NCBI RefSeq assembly: GCF_964355755.1 | Contig: NC_092679.1 | Location: 16,227,432 to 16,291,431, forward strand | Origin: Antedon mediterranea | Lineage: Eukaryota; Animalia; Echinodermata | Length of the DNA: 64,000 bases | Direction: 5' to 3' | The notes under the pieces: model-generated | What the model saw: only the letters and a program-made list of their open reading frames with translations | Told to the model about the DNA's origin: nothing | The model's database searches: none | Position numbers and translations under genes: made by a program | In this document: positions 49,817 through 62,745 of the stretch, one piece after another | How positions within the stretch are numbered: position 1 is the stretch's first letter | How the letters are laid out: each line of letters begins with the position of its first letter

Positions 49817-50965
49817 TTATGTGGTCCCTTTGAGCGCCCTGTTTTGCTCTTCTTGAAAAATTCGCTGAGAAACGAGAAAATGAGCGGTTTGAGTTGCGTT
49901 TGGAGAACCGGTAATAGTAACTTTTCGGTTACGTGTACCAGGAATATACTCTCCCTTTTTGGAAATTTGAATCTTTGCCCCGGAATACTGTTGGAATTCA
50001 ACTAAAGTTTTTCCTCCTTTTCCAAGGATAGCACCTACTATAGTTTCAGGAACTTCAAATTCCAACGCGCATTCTTTGGTAGCTTCTTTGATTTGTTCAG
50101 GGGCTATTGCAACCCCAACCCCAGGAAATGATGGAACCTGGGCCATCGCAAACCCTGGAACCATCTCATTGCTCACTATGGCATGACCTGTAGTACTTGA
50201 AGAACTTTCGATGGTCGCTGCTGTGGAAGTGATAGGAATATGTTGGGTATGTTTTGGTGGCGACGGAGCACTGCTGGATGCAATTTGGTAGTGTCCACCT
50301 AAGAAGCCTTGAGCAGACATGGAAGAGGGGGGGAAAATGGGAGCTGACGGTTGGGCTAGGGCATGAGCAGTTGCACCTAGTAACGGACTAGTAGCTCCGA
50401 TGCCCATACCGGGTAAGGCACTTACATTGTGACACAGGCTATACCCGTATTGCGCCAGATGCCCCATGGGGATACCAAGCCCGTGCTCTGCTGCCGTGAG
50501 CCCATGATGATGAGCACTGATGGGAGCCTGCACTTGTGGGACACGTGCTCCAAATACAGCTTGAGGCGTCAGAGCCATACCACCTACCGGGAGTCCAGGT
50601 AATCCTGGTGCTGTGGGTATTCCTAACGGACTTTTCGTAATTGTTTGAACCACGCTACTCGTCTCTGCAAAGGGTGAACCCGTTGGATTTGCGTTTGCGA
50701 CTGGACCAGTAATGGCAGCGTAACTTAAGTTGTTGCAACTACCGCTTTGCGGATCTTCTTGTATCTTTGATATGACAAAAGCCATTGCCTTTTTGACGGA
50801 ATCAAGTTCACCAGAGACGGTAATGACTCTTTCTGACAATGTGATACCTTCTGACTTTTGTGATATCTGAACTCTGGCACTGCTTTGTTCCATGATAGAT
50901 TTAATCATTGTTCCTCCTTTACCAATTATCAAGCCGGCTGTACTATTTGGTACAACAACTTTTGC
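49817..50965 (-). CDS. NOVA: NOVA/pasilla RNA-binding protein, terminal coding exon (KH2, low-complexity linker, KH3)
   Basis: Acceptor tatttttcag at 50966. Reads AKVVVPNSTAGLIIGKGGTMIKSIMEQS..EDPQSGSCNNLSY..GPVANANPTGSPFA, then KH3 VPETIVGAILGKGGKTLVEFQQYSGAKIQISKKGEYIPGTRNRKVTITG. These are diagnostic NOVA motifs. 1149 nt to TAA. Confidence 0.96.
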   Translation of the reverse strand, partial: AKVVVPNSTAGLIIGKGGTMIKSIMEQSSARVQISQKSEGITLSERVITVSGELDSVKKAMAFVISKIQEDPQSGSCNNLSYAAITGPVANANPTGSPFAETSSVVQTITKSPLGIPTAPGLPGLPVGGMALTPQAVFGARVPQVQAPISAHHHGLTAAEHGLGIPMGHLAQYGYSLCHNVSALPGMGIGATSPLLGATAHALAQPSAPIFPPSSMSAQGFLGGHYQIASSSAPSPPKHTQHIPITSTAATIESSSSTTGHAIVSNEMVPGFAMAQVPSFPGVGVAIAPEQIKEATKECALEFEVPETIVGAILGKGGKTLVEFQQYSGAKIQISKKGEYIPGTRNRKVTITGSPNATQTAHFLVSQRIFQEEQNRALKGTT

Positions 50966-51572
50966 CTGAAAAATACAACATTTTCTAAAATTACATTTAC
51001 TGATTTTTTAGTGTAGAGTGAAACAGCTAACAAAGAATGCAAGACCAGCTGGTGTGATTTCTCAGGATCTGACATCAAATATATTCACTTAAATTCATCC
51101 ACCTCCCCAATACCTTTGAATGTTGAATTTAAGCTAGAAGGCCTTTAAATAATCTTAAGGGCAAGATGACGACTTACATTTATGAACAGAAAACTTTTAA
51201 AAACATGAACAACAACAATTTTCCCCCTTCAAATTAACAGAACGCATGTTTTTCTACTTTACAATTAATTCTTTAATCACATCATTTTAACTTATTTGCA
51301 ATAAACATTACTATTGCAAAAACCTCATTAGTGTAATACATGCCCTTGGACAAAAGACTCGTATATAAAATCATAAATGTTTTCTTATATTTTACACTAA
51401 TCCTCATGTTCTATTTATAGATTTTCTGAGAAAGCATAATCATACCTATCTAACAATGCACTTTAATTACTCCTGTACAAAGAGCATTATGTTTGTAGAA
51501 TATTTTAAATCTAAAGTTAAAAAATGTTTTCTTATATAAAAAACATTTAATAACTATCAACTACTTTTAAAA

Positions 51573-52196
51573 TACAGTAGAACCATATTAATCAGGCACT
51601 TTTGGGACCAAACGAAGTTGTCCCCACAACGGGGAATTGTTTGTACTGTAGTATGGAATCATATATTGCCTTTCATTCATTTCGCAGAAAAGTATACCCT
51701 AAAAAGGTGTACCCTAAAAAAGTATACCCTAAAAAGGTGTACCCTAAAAAAGTATACCCTAAAAAGGTGTACCCTAAAAAGGTGTACCCTAAAAAGGTGT
51801 ACCCTAAAAAAGTATACCCTAAAAAGGTGTACCCTAAAAAGGTGTACCCTAAAAAAGTATACCCTAAAAAGGTGTACCCTAAAAAAGTATACACTAAAAA
51901 GGTGTACCCTAAAAAGGTGTACTACCCTAAAAAAGTATACCCTAAAAAGGTGTACCCTAAAAAGGTGTACCCTAAAAGGTGTACCCTAAAAAAGTATACC
52001 CTAAAAAAGTATACCCTAAAAAGGTGTACCCTAAAAAGGTGTACCCTAAAAAGGTGTACCCTAAAAAGGTGTACCCTGAAAAGGTGTACCCTAAAAAGGT
52101 GTACCCTAAAAAAATATACCCTAAAAAGGTGTACCCTAAAAAATTATACCCTAAAAAGGTGTCCACTGAATAGGTGTCCCAAAAGAGGAGGTTGTA
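51573..52196. repeat. 15-bp minisatellite (AAAAAGGTGTACCCT, ~31 copies, 51688-52162) inside a TACAGTAGAACC-type Tc1/pogo-like MITE
   Basis: The element starts TACAGTAGAACC and resumes after the array with GTGTCCACTGAATAGGTGTCCC. That motif is shared with degenerate MITEs at ~15970-16158, 17200-17350, 20520-20648 and 26320-26450. Confidence 0.85.
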
Positions 52197-53611
52197 TTTA
52201 AAATTTCTCACTAAGATGTACATTAGTGAAGGATGGGACCATAAACACCTATAAAAAGGCCACTCACTCGGTCACTTTATCAATTTAAATGTATAACATC
52301 AAATGAATTACTACTACTAGCTGGACCTGATGCGAGACATGTAAAGATGGCCAGGAATTTTAGTACGCATCTTACAGTTATTTCAAAGAAATTAGTCTAA
52401 AATCACATGTTTGGAGTAAAAATAATTTTACACTATAGCTACTATAATAACGATGAATAAATAAATCTATGAATTAATGTTAAAGAAGATGGATGAATGA
52501 ACGGATGAATGAACATTTGAATAAATAAATTATTGAATGATTACATGAAAGAATGAGTGGATGAGTAGAGAAATAAATAAATTAAATGAAAGAATGAAAT
52601 TGTGAATAAAATAATGAATTTATATTAGTAAATTCTATCTTTTACAAAATCCAGTCCAAACATTTATGACCAATTTTATTTTATGTCTTTTTCCATTGGT
52701 TATTATTTTTAAAACTTAAACTATGATAAAATTCCGAAAATATCAAAATTAAAAACTGATTATATCTTCACTATGTTTAAAAAAGAAAAACCTGTGATAC
52801 ATTTCAGATAGGTTTCTATAAAGTTCAAATATTAAATATTATCATTACTGAGCAAGAGAGGTTGGCATAGAAACAAAGACCTAATTATCTATTCACGTTT
52901 CAGCCAGTCCTTTTTTTTTTAATTTCACAGATTTACAATATCAGAGTACAAAAGCTTAGCCGTGCACAAGCACGGAGTTCATTTGTCCTCTCTGTGTGAA
53001 TTATAATACTAATTACAAACATGTAGAGTGTTTGATGGGTTTTTGTGCATTCGTCGTGATCATCTTCACGTTTGTGATACTCATCCCGGACTGACCTCTC
53101 GGATGAAATGCTTCAAAGCAACCATTACGCTAATCAAGACTCGTACAAAATCGCTCTTAAATCATCCGTTCCTTATCACGTTCTTGGATTGCACACAAAT
53201 CACTGTTTAACTCTAGGATAGTGAAAACAACACGCCATGCTATGAGATGCATATTGGTTGCTTCCAATTACTATGCATGTAAAAAGGCCAAATATGACAA
53301 ATTATATTAAGAATTATTGAAGAACAACGCATGGTCAAATTTGTATGGAGAATATTATTATTTAATGTTTATTTTTATTGTAATATGATGTAAAATTAAT
53401 TTTTTGAAACAAGTAAATAATTCCTTAATCAATGTGTTCTAAGTAATATTTTTGTTTTTATATTTAAAAAAACCTGAATGCAAATGAAAAATACATACAT
53501 CTGCGACACCATTGTTTTTAATGTTCGTAATTTAGGCAACAAAAGCAACCAATAGGATAACAGATAATAAAAAAAAAAGAGTATTTAATAATTTTGACAA
53601 TTTCATGAAAA

Positions 53612-53770
53612 CCCTGGTCTAATGGTTAGGACATCTACATACAAGCAGAAGGTTCCGGGTTCAATTCGCAGTTGGAGCAGCTTATTCTCATTCTTATTAA
53701 TTTCCTCATCTTTGTCGTTTCAAAATTAATAAATTGTGCAGTTCAGAATTTCCTCTAATGCCTGTAAATG
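53612..53770 (+). mobile_element. tRNA-derived SINE (same family as 34933)
   Basis: Shared head TGGTCTAATGGTTAGGACATC..GCAGAAGGTTCCGGGTT and body CATCTTT.TCGTTTCAAA. Confidence 0.7.
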
Positions 53771-53835
53771 TATAATGCTTTAAACTTGACCAATAGAATC
53801 TGATCTGGTTTCTTGATAGTGTTTTTATTAAAAAT

Positions 53836-54860
53836 ATTTTATTTTATTTTATTTTATTTTATTTTATTCAATCAAAACCAACAGCGATAAATACCGCCAC
53901 TAACAGGTTTGAAACATAAAACAATACAACATCAAAAACGGTTAACAATAAAATACAGATAAAATATATATATATATATAAAAAACATAGATTGGCATGC
54001 CATAAAAAATTTCAATTAAAACAGGTTATGCAGACTGTTCAAGAAGTGAACACATCATCGTCCTCTTAAAATAACCAAGTCTATCATTAAAAATATCGAT
54101 ATGATTGCTATTTAGATTATTAAATGTATAAGGTAGTCTATGAAAAAGTCCCCTCTTAGTACAGTCGACACGGCTAAAAGGAATATGCAATAAATGTCTA
54201 TTTCGTGTACGACCAGGAACATTTAAACTAAATAGTGAAATTAATGAACAGTCATATTTAGAATTTAAAATATTATATAAAAAAACCATATCAGATATCG
54301 TTCGACGATTGCTGACAGAATCAATGGAAAAGGCAAAATTAACACAGTTATAAGACAGGAATCGAACAAACTTCCGTTGAACAGTGTCGATTCGACGGGC
54401 CTGACATGGAGAAATTGAATTGAAAATTGCGGAACAATATTCAAGGTGAGGACGTATAATAGATTTGTATAAAGATAAAAGTGCCCTGCCGTCGTTCATA
54501 AACCTACAATTTCTCCATATTAAGCCCATCATTCTATTAGCTTTTGACAACACATGATTAATATGTGAACAAAAATTTAATTTACTATCAATAAAAATAC
54601 CTAAATCTTTCCATACATAAACCATCTCAAGATCATGTCCACTCAGATTATAATTGAAGAGCACAGGCCTTTTTTTAAGTGTTATAGATAAATATTTGCA
54701 TTTATTAGCATTAAGTTTTATCCCCCACTTCTCCGTCCATTCCACGAGACCATCCAGATCCTCCTGAAGTGAAAAAGCATCCTGTGGAGTGGTAATCACT
54801 TTAAACAATTTCAGATCGTCAGCAAATAAAAGAGACTCGGAATGATTAAATTTCATCAAT
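53836..54860 (-). mobile_element. 5'-truncated CR1/Jockey-group LINE with an uninterrupted RT C-terminal frame (54026-54859)
   Basis: Motifs LLFADDLKLF, KDLGIFIDSKLNF, YKSIIRPHLEYCS. 277 codons without a stop, short 3'UTR, (AATAA)n tail at 53836-53868. Confidence 0.9.
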
Positions 54861-55404
54861 CACTTTGCAATTTATTAATATATAAATAGTTTATCAATTT
54901 TCAACATGATTGATAGATTTATGTAGAGTAAAGCTTAAAGTTAAATGTTAAATAGTTGCTGTCTGCTAGAATAAGTTCCATATGGCGCAAATATTTGACC
55001 AAAGCAGTTAAAATCGAATGTACTTAAAAGACGAGCTGCATCATCTTCCTTTTAAATTTATTTCTTTTTTGCAAGTTGTCTACTATTTGGTCATGGGAAA
55101 AAACAAATAGATTGTAACATTGAATATACTTAATCAAACATTAAAATCTTTTTTTATTATTTAAATTGTTAAAAAAATGGTTAAATTTGTCATTATATTT
55201 TGAAAAAATAATAATACCAAAAAAAAAAATAACATATTTATCAATACTTTGGTTTAGATCCCTGGAGCTTTACCCCATATTAAAAAAAAAGTTGGGATGT
55301 GTTTACACTTTTTGTAGACAAAAAAACAATAATAAAATTATGTAGTATATCACACTGTGAAAAACAATAACATGGAAAACACTGTTTCATGTTTGAATCC
55401 TTTA

Positions 55405-55560
55405 AGGTCTGTCTACACTACAAACTTGTTTGGCAAAAAAGTGTGATATGGCGCCCAAATATGAGGTGGTGATATGTCCTAATATGGTAGTGATATGACA
55501 TCATCATGTCCATATATATAGGCATATCACATTTTCTTGTTTGATAGTGTAGACAGAGCC
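55405..55560. mobile_element. Harbinger-like MITE (TCTGTCTACAC family)
   Basis: Inverted ends TCTGTCTACACTA / TAGTGTAGACAGA and family-typical internal repeats. Confidence 0.7.
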
Positions 55561-56009
55561 TTACAGTATGAATGTCCCTTTAACATTAAAAACAATGATG
55601 TCTCGGATCAATATTAATACAGATATTATGATATATTTCCTGTATTGTGTTCATTTTTTAGTCTTCCTTTTTTGTTGAATGACAAGCGATAATCAACTAT
55701 GCCTTCTATTTCACCACTTTAAATCTCATCCAAAAAAATATTCTTCTAAACAACTCCATAAATGGCATATCACCAAGCGTCTTGAAAGAGACAAGGAAAG
55801 TTGGCCTGCCTTGTGCTTTAAGAAAGGTACTATCCTACTGACATTTACGAGATCTTAAGTCTTGTTTACTAAGACTTAATGCTCTACTCAAAATTCACCA
55901 AATAATTGCCATCCTGTTGAAATTCCTAAGATAATAAATTTTGTACATAGATGATAGAGCTTAAAATATTATACCACCAGTGAATTGAATTATATATTTT
56001 AAAAAATAT

Positions 56010-56311
56010 TTTATTTATTATTTATACTGGTTGACCTCTTGTGTCTAAGACTGGTCTCCCAGAGGGCCCAGCTATGATCAGTGGCTGTGATGTACTAGTG
56101 CACCGGGGTAACCCCCTACACATCTCGAAAGGTGTACTTGGTTCTTTAAAGTGCACATGAGCTAGATGTGTACACTGGACCTACGGTTTATAGTCCTTAT
56201 CCTAAAGACTTGTTCTACCACCAGAACCATGGAGCGAGTGATGCTCGAACCCTTGCCGATGTTATGGCTACGTAATTACGGTTCCACTGTCTAAACTGCT
56301 TGACCACTCAC
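56010..56311 (-). mobile_element. Deu/Nin-like tRNA SINE, second copy
   Basis: Reverse-complement homolog of 22162-22460 over its whole length. Confidence 0.8.
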
Positions 56312-56989
56312 TAACAGTGTTAGGTAATTTTTATTAATTGAAAAAATTGTTCCATTTTTTCCAATCAAAATTGTCCTTAATTGTGTTCCGAGGTGAGTAA
56401 ATAGTGACTGAACATTTAATGCCAATTTACACCGACGAGCGGTATTGGTAATAAAAATATAGAATCTATGTTATTTCTTATGACCACAAACAACGCGGAC
56501 ATATGGTCGGTTTCCGCTTAGGATAGTGGGACAAGCTATGCGGTTTTCGCTTACAGTTACTGCTCGTCTGTGTAAATTGGACTTTGTACTATTCTCCTCA
56601 TGTTTAGCATAATAGCTACAGATAAAAAGTCCCTCATAAAAAAAAATTCAAATCTTGAACAGGAAGCTAAACATTTTTTTTATTTGCCCTAACACTAAGG
56701 ATGTATACTTATTTTTCTAATCAAAATAGCCATATTTTTGTCATTTTAACAATCCACCTACGATCCTTAAGGCAATTTTAATTATTTTAAGAGAATACTG
56801 AAATATGTAGCAATGTATTAATGACCAAAAAACAAAGTGTATTGACATAGATTACTATAATAATACACAAGGTTATTATCTCGTTGTTTTATGTAAAATT
56901 AATTAAATGAAGTAAGTACGTCATACGACAAGAAAATTATGATTAAAATTGACTTGTTTATTTAATGTATATTTATTCAAGCGAGATTG

Positions 56990-57382
56990 TCATCCTCACA
57001 CACATATCTCCTATTTTATATAACCTCCATTGGCTACCTATTGACTCTCGTATAAAATATAAAATCCTTTTACTAACATTTAAAGCGCTACTTCTTAAAC
57101 AACCTACTTATATCCTTGATCTTCTTCCCACCTACACCCCTCTTGGACAAAGGTCTTTTATGTTCTCTGCTGCTTCTCTTTGGAATTCTCTCCCTCGTCA
57201 TTTTACTCATTCAACTTCTATTGCTATTTTTTTTAAAGAACTTAAAACGCATCTTTTTAACATCCAATATAAACGCCTTTGATTTTTACTTCGGTTTAGT
57301 TGATTCTGGCGCTATACAAATACCTAAATTATTATTATTATTATTATTGTTATTATTATTGTTATTATTATTATTATTATTA
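56990..57382 (+). mobile_element. 3' fragment of an L2-clade LINE with (ATT)n tail
   Basis: HISPILYNLHWLPIDSRIKYKILLLTFKAL...LGQRSFMFSAASLWNSLP...FKELKTHLF, then GGCGCTATACAAAT and (TTA)n. Confidence 0.85.
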
Positions 57383-58060
57383 CTACGAATCTTTGATTGA
57401 ATGAGTGTTTGAATGGAATGGGTCCATTAATTGGAGGTGGTATGTTGGAGGGGTCAGTTAATTGGATGTGGTATGTCGGAGGGGTCAGTTAATTGAAGGG
57501 GTCTATTGATTGAAGGAGGCTGTTGGATGGGTCTGTTTACTGGATTGGTCTTTTATATGAGGGGGAATGTTAATTGAAAGGGTCTATCAAACCAAGGGTA
57601 TGTCAATTGGAGGGGTCTGTTAATTAAAAAGGAGGGTTTTAATTTAAATATTGTTTAATTTTAAATTTAATCATTTTAAAACTGTTGTTTCAGATAAAAA
57701 AGTAAAAAATCATTATGTTATGGACATTTGCAATTGACGTCAATGGAATATTTTAGTCCCACATTTAATAGCATGAATTACAAATTGTAAAATCATTTTA
57801 TTTTTTAAAAGAAAAATATAATAACATCTTAATCTTAATCAATAAACTTGATATATTATTCTATTAAAATAAACACTCTGCAGTAAAAATAGAAAAGGTA
57901 AAATTTATGAGTGATTGTTGTTTGTTTTAACGGAGGAAAACATTTGGATAAAGCTGTAATTACATAGATGGCGTCAGTATAAACGCTTTAAAGGAAAAGC
58001 GTCTTAAAATGAAGAAAACTAAAAATAACAGTAATTTTGATCAGTTTGTTGGTGGTGTTA

Positions 58061-58203
58061 GTTCTGTCTACACTATCAAACTTTACGTGACAAAAATAAT
58101 GTGATGTGCCCATATATAGACATGGTGATGACATATCACTACCATATTTGGGCATATCACTACCATATTAAGCACATCATCAGTTTAATAGTGTATACAG
58201 AGC
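58061..58203. mobile_element. Harbinger-like MITE (TCTGTCTACAC family), opposite orientation
   Basis: TTA|GTTCTGTCTACACTATCAAAC...GTTTAATAGTGTATACAGAGC|TTA. Confidence 0.7.
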
Positions 58204-58404
58204 TTAAGATGTTCTCCTAAATCCTTCTTCTTAATTTCACTCAAAAAAGAAGAGGCAAAATTAATGAAATTATTAACCTGCTTATTAGGTAATCTCTATA
58301 ATAATAATTCACTAATAAAGTCAATAACCTTTAATGGAATATAAAACGACTGTAGTACATGACAACGGACATAGACCTATGTAATTTGTTTTCCAATGGT
58401 ATTG

Positions 58405-58725
58405 AGATGTATTGTCCTCCAAAAACGTGAAAATTAAATAAAAATCAGACTTTGAATAGATTATTTTGTATATTTTTAATCAAGTTAATCACTTTTGTAG
58501 AAAAAAAAATAAAAAAAATAATGTTTTCACTTATAAAATGACAAGATAAATGGTTAATTCCAGCCAATTTGACTATTTTTTGCTTTAAAATACATTTTTT
58601 TAAGTAAATACATTTTGTTTTCGATCCACTATTTGCTCAAAGTGGATAACTATTAGGTAACATTAAAATGGCATATTAAAAAAAAAAATTGTAAGAATTA
58701 TTTTTTTCAGGGGGACAATACATCT
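58405..58725. mobile_element. Kolobok-like non-autonomous element (copy of 26676-26980)
   Basis: TIRs AGATGTATTGTCC / GGACAATACATCT, with TTAA on the right flank. Confidence 0.6.
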
Positions 58726-60256
58726 TTAATCTCATTGGAAAAATAAAAAAGGAAATAAATTGGAAGTAAAAAGGCCACAGAGTTTTGCATACATTTAATA
58801 GAATTTATCTACGGTCTTATTTAAGAATCTCTAATGAACCAAACAATATTAGTGAAATGATTGAATAATGTTCTAAAGTGGCCGATAATAGAACTCTAGA
58901 AATGTATAAATCGTTTTGAAATTACATACGTATTAAAGTAGACCTACTATTACATTATTATTTCTTTATCTGATACTCTATATGTAAATTTAAAGCAACC
59001 GAAAATGTGCGGAATTAATATAACACTCATTATGTACTATTCTAGAGATACAATTTTTTCCCTTTTTCTTTGTAAAGGAACTATTCAATTTACCTGTCAA
59101 TGGCTGAATTTCATCATCAATCTTTAGTAATATACAGATATGAACATAAAAAGGTGAAGCTATCAATAGAAATTACAATTTGAATATTAGTCTCTTATGA
59201 GTAATGATTTAATTAAGAACCTTAGAAAACATATAATTTATTTATTTAATATAACATGTTAAACCGAACAACCATAACGTTGAAATTATGGAGAATTACT
59301 CTATGAAAATCAAAAGCGCTATAATAGATAATATAGTAGACACAGTTGTACTGTATTGTAAATAAAATATTCATTTTAATAGATAGAATATTTTGTATGC
59401 TATAATTATAAAATTAAATTAACACAAATGTGGTAGGCTTTGATTAAATTTGATTTAAATTGATTGATATTTGATCAAATAATCATAGAGATTGTTTTAT
59501 TGACCACTGTGTTAAGAAAATAAACAATGATGATTGTACGTTGTGGCATGTCTATGTGAGAGCGTGATTGGTGGATTAGCCCATTATTTTTAAACGTTAT
59601 AGCGGTGCGGAGTGGGCGTTTTAAGCATTGCCCCATGGATCCCCTGAAATGAAAGATGTTAAAAATCGATTAAAATGCAAAATTCCATTTGATCATGAAT
59701 GATATGTAATACTGCTATATTTCCAAACTTCATTAAAATATGGAATATTACATAACAAGTAATCTATATTAAATAACAAGATATTGGATATATACAAAAT
59801 ATATATTACATATTTATTAGGAAATATAATATCACAAGTAGGGTGTAAATATTAAATTTTTTAAACTGATTTATCAGTCAACATTTTCATAAAATTCTTT
59901 TGAAAATAATATTGATTTTAGTATATTAATACTATTTCATATTGACTTTAGGAATCCATTTGACTTTTTATTGCTTATTGAGCCCATTTTGTCAGTTATT
60001 GTCATTTTGGAATTGTAAAATCAATAACTGTATGATCTATCATACATCGTAAAAGTACAACACTACTGTATTAGTATCATGGTGGTTTTGGCTACAAGGC
60101 TTGTCAGTTTTTTAAGTAATTTTTCTATCATAATAAATAGATTTTAAATTAAATGAATACAAAGACATAGAAATTAAGATAGATCTCTTGATATGAAAGT
60201 AGTGCAAAGAGCAAGGTGTCCCCTTTGTTGTAGTGTAGGTGTAGATGGCAATTTTG

Positions 60257-60419
60257 CTTTAATGTTTCTAAAACAGATACATTTTTGCATACCTGGCGTG
60301 TCATAACTTTAATGTTTCAGAAAAGAGAAACATTTTGGCACATCTTCCGTGTCATAACTTTAATGTTTTTGAAAACAGAAACATTTTGGTATACCTGGCA
60401 TGTCATAACTTTAATGTTT
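60257..60419. repeat. 51-bp tandem repeat, ~3.2 copies
   Basis: CTTTAATGTTT starts at 60257, 60307, 60358 and 60409. Confidence 0.85.
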
Positions 60420-62042
60420 GAGATTTACCAATCTTCTGACCCCTAAAAAGTTTCTTTTGCCTTATTTTGACAAAATGTCCCAGCATCTGGGTTGAAACAT
60501 CCATGATTCATTGACATACCCCAAAAGAGATTGGTGAAAAACAAAAAGGTCAAAGTTTATCATAGAGAGCATTCAAATATTTTACAGAAGCGCTTAGCCA
60601 ACATTATCAAGTTCTTAGCGGCATTTGCTTTAATTCCGCTTCTGAGATTATTCACCTAACGATGTTTTGATTGAATTTGAAGTTTAATTATGTGCTGTGT
60701 TTTTGTATACATGATCTGAATTTTAATGGATGAAATGTAATTAGAATTTTAAATAATTCTATTTGCCGATAAATCTCTAAGGTAGTCAGATTTATCTGGG
60801 TTTTTCTTTAAAAAAAACATGTCTTATCATAATTAAATCAAATCATTTTCATTGTTTGAAATAATAAATAAAATGTACAAAGGTCACGTTCAGCAGCTTA
60901 CACTGAACATTGCAAGGAACATTGCAAGAAACATAAAAACAAGACGTAACAAAAATAGTATATACTTTGCTAAAAAGACATTAACATTTAACATTCACAA
61001 TGGAATAAAATTTTCCTCTAAAGTATAATTCTGAATTCAGATTAAATTCTACAATTTGTGATACAGATAAACAGCACCCTCTACTGTAATTATTATGGTT
61101 GACCTAGCACTGAGTATGACAATGAAATCTGAACCACTCTCCGAATCAATGACTTGTTGGTAATAAAAAAATAACATGACAAAGGGCCTATTCAGAACAG
61201 TTATAGTACTATGGTGATAAATATCATAGGTACACATTGATACTATCCTATAACAAGTTAGAAGAATATTCTAGTAACAGTAAACAACCTCTTCATTTAC
61301 TGTTCTGAGACATTATTAAAGGTTATATAGCAATGACAACATGTTTTTGTTGACAAATGTTCACCATCTTCAACAATAAATTATGACAGTGTGTCAAAAT
61401 ACTGATTAAAATAACTTTTTTAATTGTTAAAAAATGGTTTTCAACAGCATGCATCAGCAAGTAATCAAATTACGAAGGAAGGTTGATCATTTTCGTTCAG
61501 TGTAAAGAAAATCGAGAAAAGTCCAAATGCCCATAATATAATACTATACAATACTATAATATACTATATATAAGATTTATTTAGTGAAGCCACCTGGAAT
61601 CTAATGTTCTGAATCTGATCGGTCAAAGTAGGTGATTGTAAAGTTAGTATGTAACTTAGATTTAAAACATGCTAAATTGGAAAAAAAATACACTGTAGTA
61701 GGATTTTTTTGTTAATAACAAAAAAATTTATAACAAAAAAATCATTTTCTTATGGCTTTATGCAAAAGGAAAAACATTATTATTTAATAGGCTAGTTAAG
61801 CACTGCTACCTCATCTCTAGTTCAAAAAGGCATTTAGGGGAAATGGGGTTTGTTCTGGCTACAGGCCCAAATGTCCCCCCGCCCCCCCCCCCCCCAAAAA
61901 AACCTAAACGACTTGTTTACACAGGATAAACAACGTTTTTTTATGTTCAAACCAAATGAAAAATTGATGTTGGAATTAGAATAGTACGACATATCTGGAA
62001 CTAATATTGGACATCGCAGTATGGCAACAACTCAAACATATA

Positions 62043-62209
62043 CAAGGCCGTAGCGAGAGGTTAAAAACAGACAAGGCAAAGATACTTTAAATACAATTAT
62101 TAATAATATAAAATATGACAATCTGTGCTGCCAATTAGGGTGGGTGATGAAAATTGAAAATTTCAGACGAGGTGAGCACCTTGTCTGCCTCATGCTGGCT
62201 ACAACCCTG
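62043..62209. mobile_element. hAT-like MITE
   Basis: Imperfect TIRs CAAGGCCGTAGC / GCTACAACCCTG. No clear TSD. Confidence 0.4.
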
Positions 62210-62596
62210 ATATAATTCTTTTCTTTGTAAAATGCAGTAGAATGGTTTGTACTAGGGTTGTTTCATGAATACAAGCGGAATAGAGGACATTGTCGATTGA
62301 CACAGACAATAATATATAAAACATTGCGATATTATTACATATTTCTATTACCATTTTAATAACTTTCTATTTGAAACTTCTCATCTTATAAAGCCCATGG
62401 CACATATAAGATTGTATAGCATAACATCCTAACATTCATCTTGATTTTGATACAATACTCAAAATCAAAATATGGACCACCATTATGGCAAGAAATACAA
62501 TACATATTTAATCATCTTCAAGTATTATTCTTTACTACCCTAACAAAAAATACCTTTTATTATATTTTTTTATGTATAATAAATAGATTTGCTTAC

Positions 62597-62745
62597 TTGT
62601 CGTGCTCGATCCGGTGACGTAACATTTTCTGCTCCAGTTTTCGCTCCAAGTTGAGGTGATTCTTTTATCTTTTCAATAAAAAATGTCGAGACGTTGTTTA
62701 TGGCTTCTTCTGTACCAGTAATTAACGTGACTCGTTCAGTTGTAC
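62597..62745 (-). CDS. NOVA: NOVA penultimate coding exon (end of KH1 and linker): GTTERVTLITGTEEAINNVSTFFIEKIKESPQLGAKTGAENVTSPDRARQ
   Basis: ttctttag acceptor, gtaagc donor, 149 nt. Ends in phase 0, matching the terminal exon. GTTERV...EKIxExPQ...PDRxxQ is the NOVA KH1 end. Confidence 0.93.

Noticed and set aside
49742-50005. Antisense and alternate-frame ORFs over NOVA KH3
   Set aside because: They are shadows of the real coding exon.
51602-52223. (KKVYP)n, (GYTFL)n and (KRCTL)n repeat proteins
   Set aside because: Artefacts of a stop-free 15-bp minisatellite inside an intron.
57116-57400. ORF ending in poly-Leu, resembling a signal or transmembrane segment
   Set aside because: The poly-Leu is the (TTA)n tail of an L2 LINE fragment.
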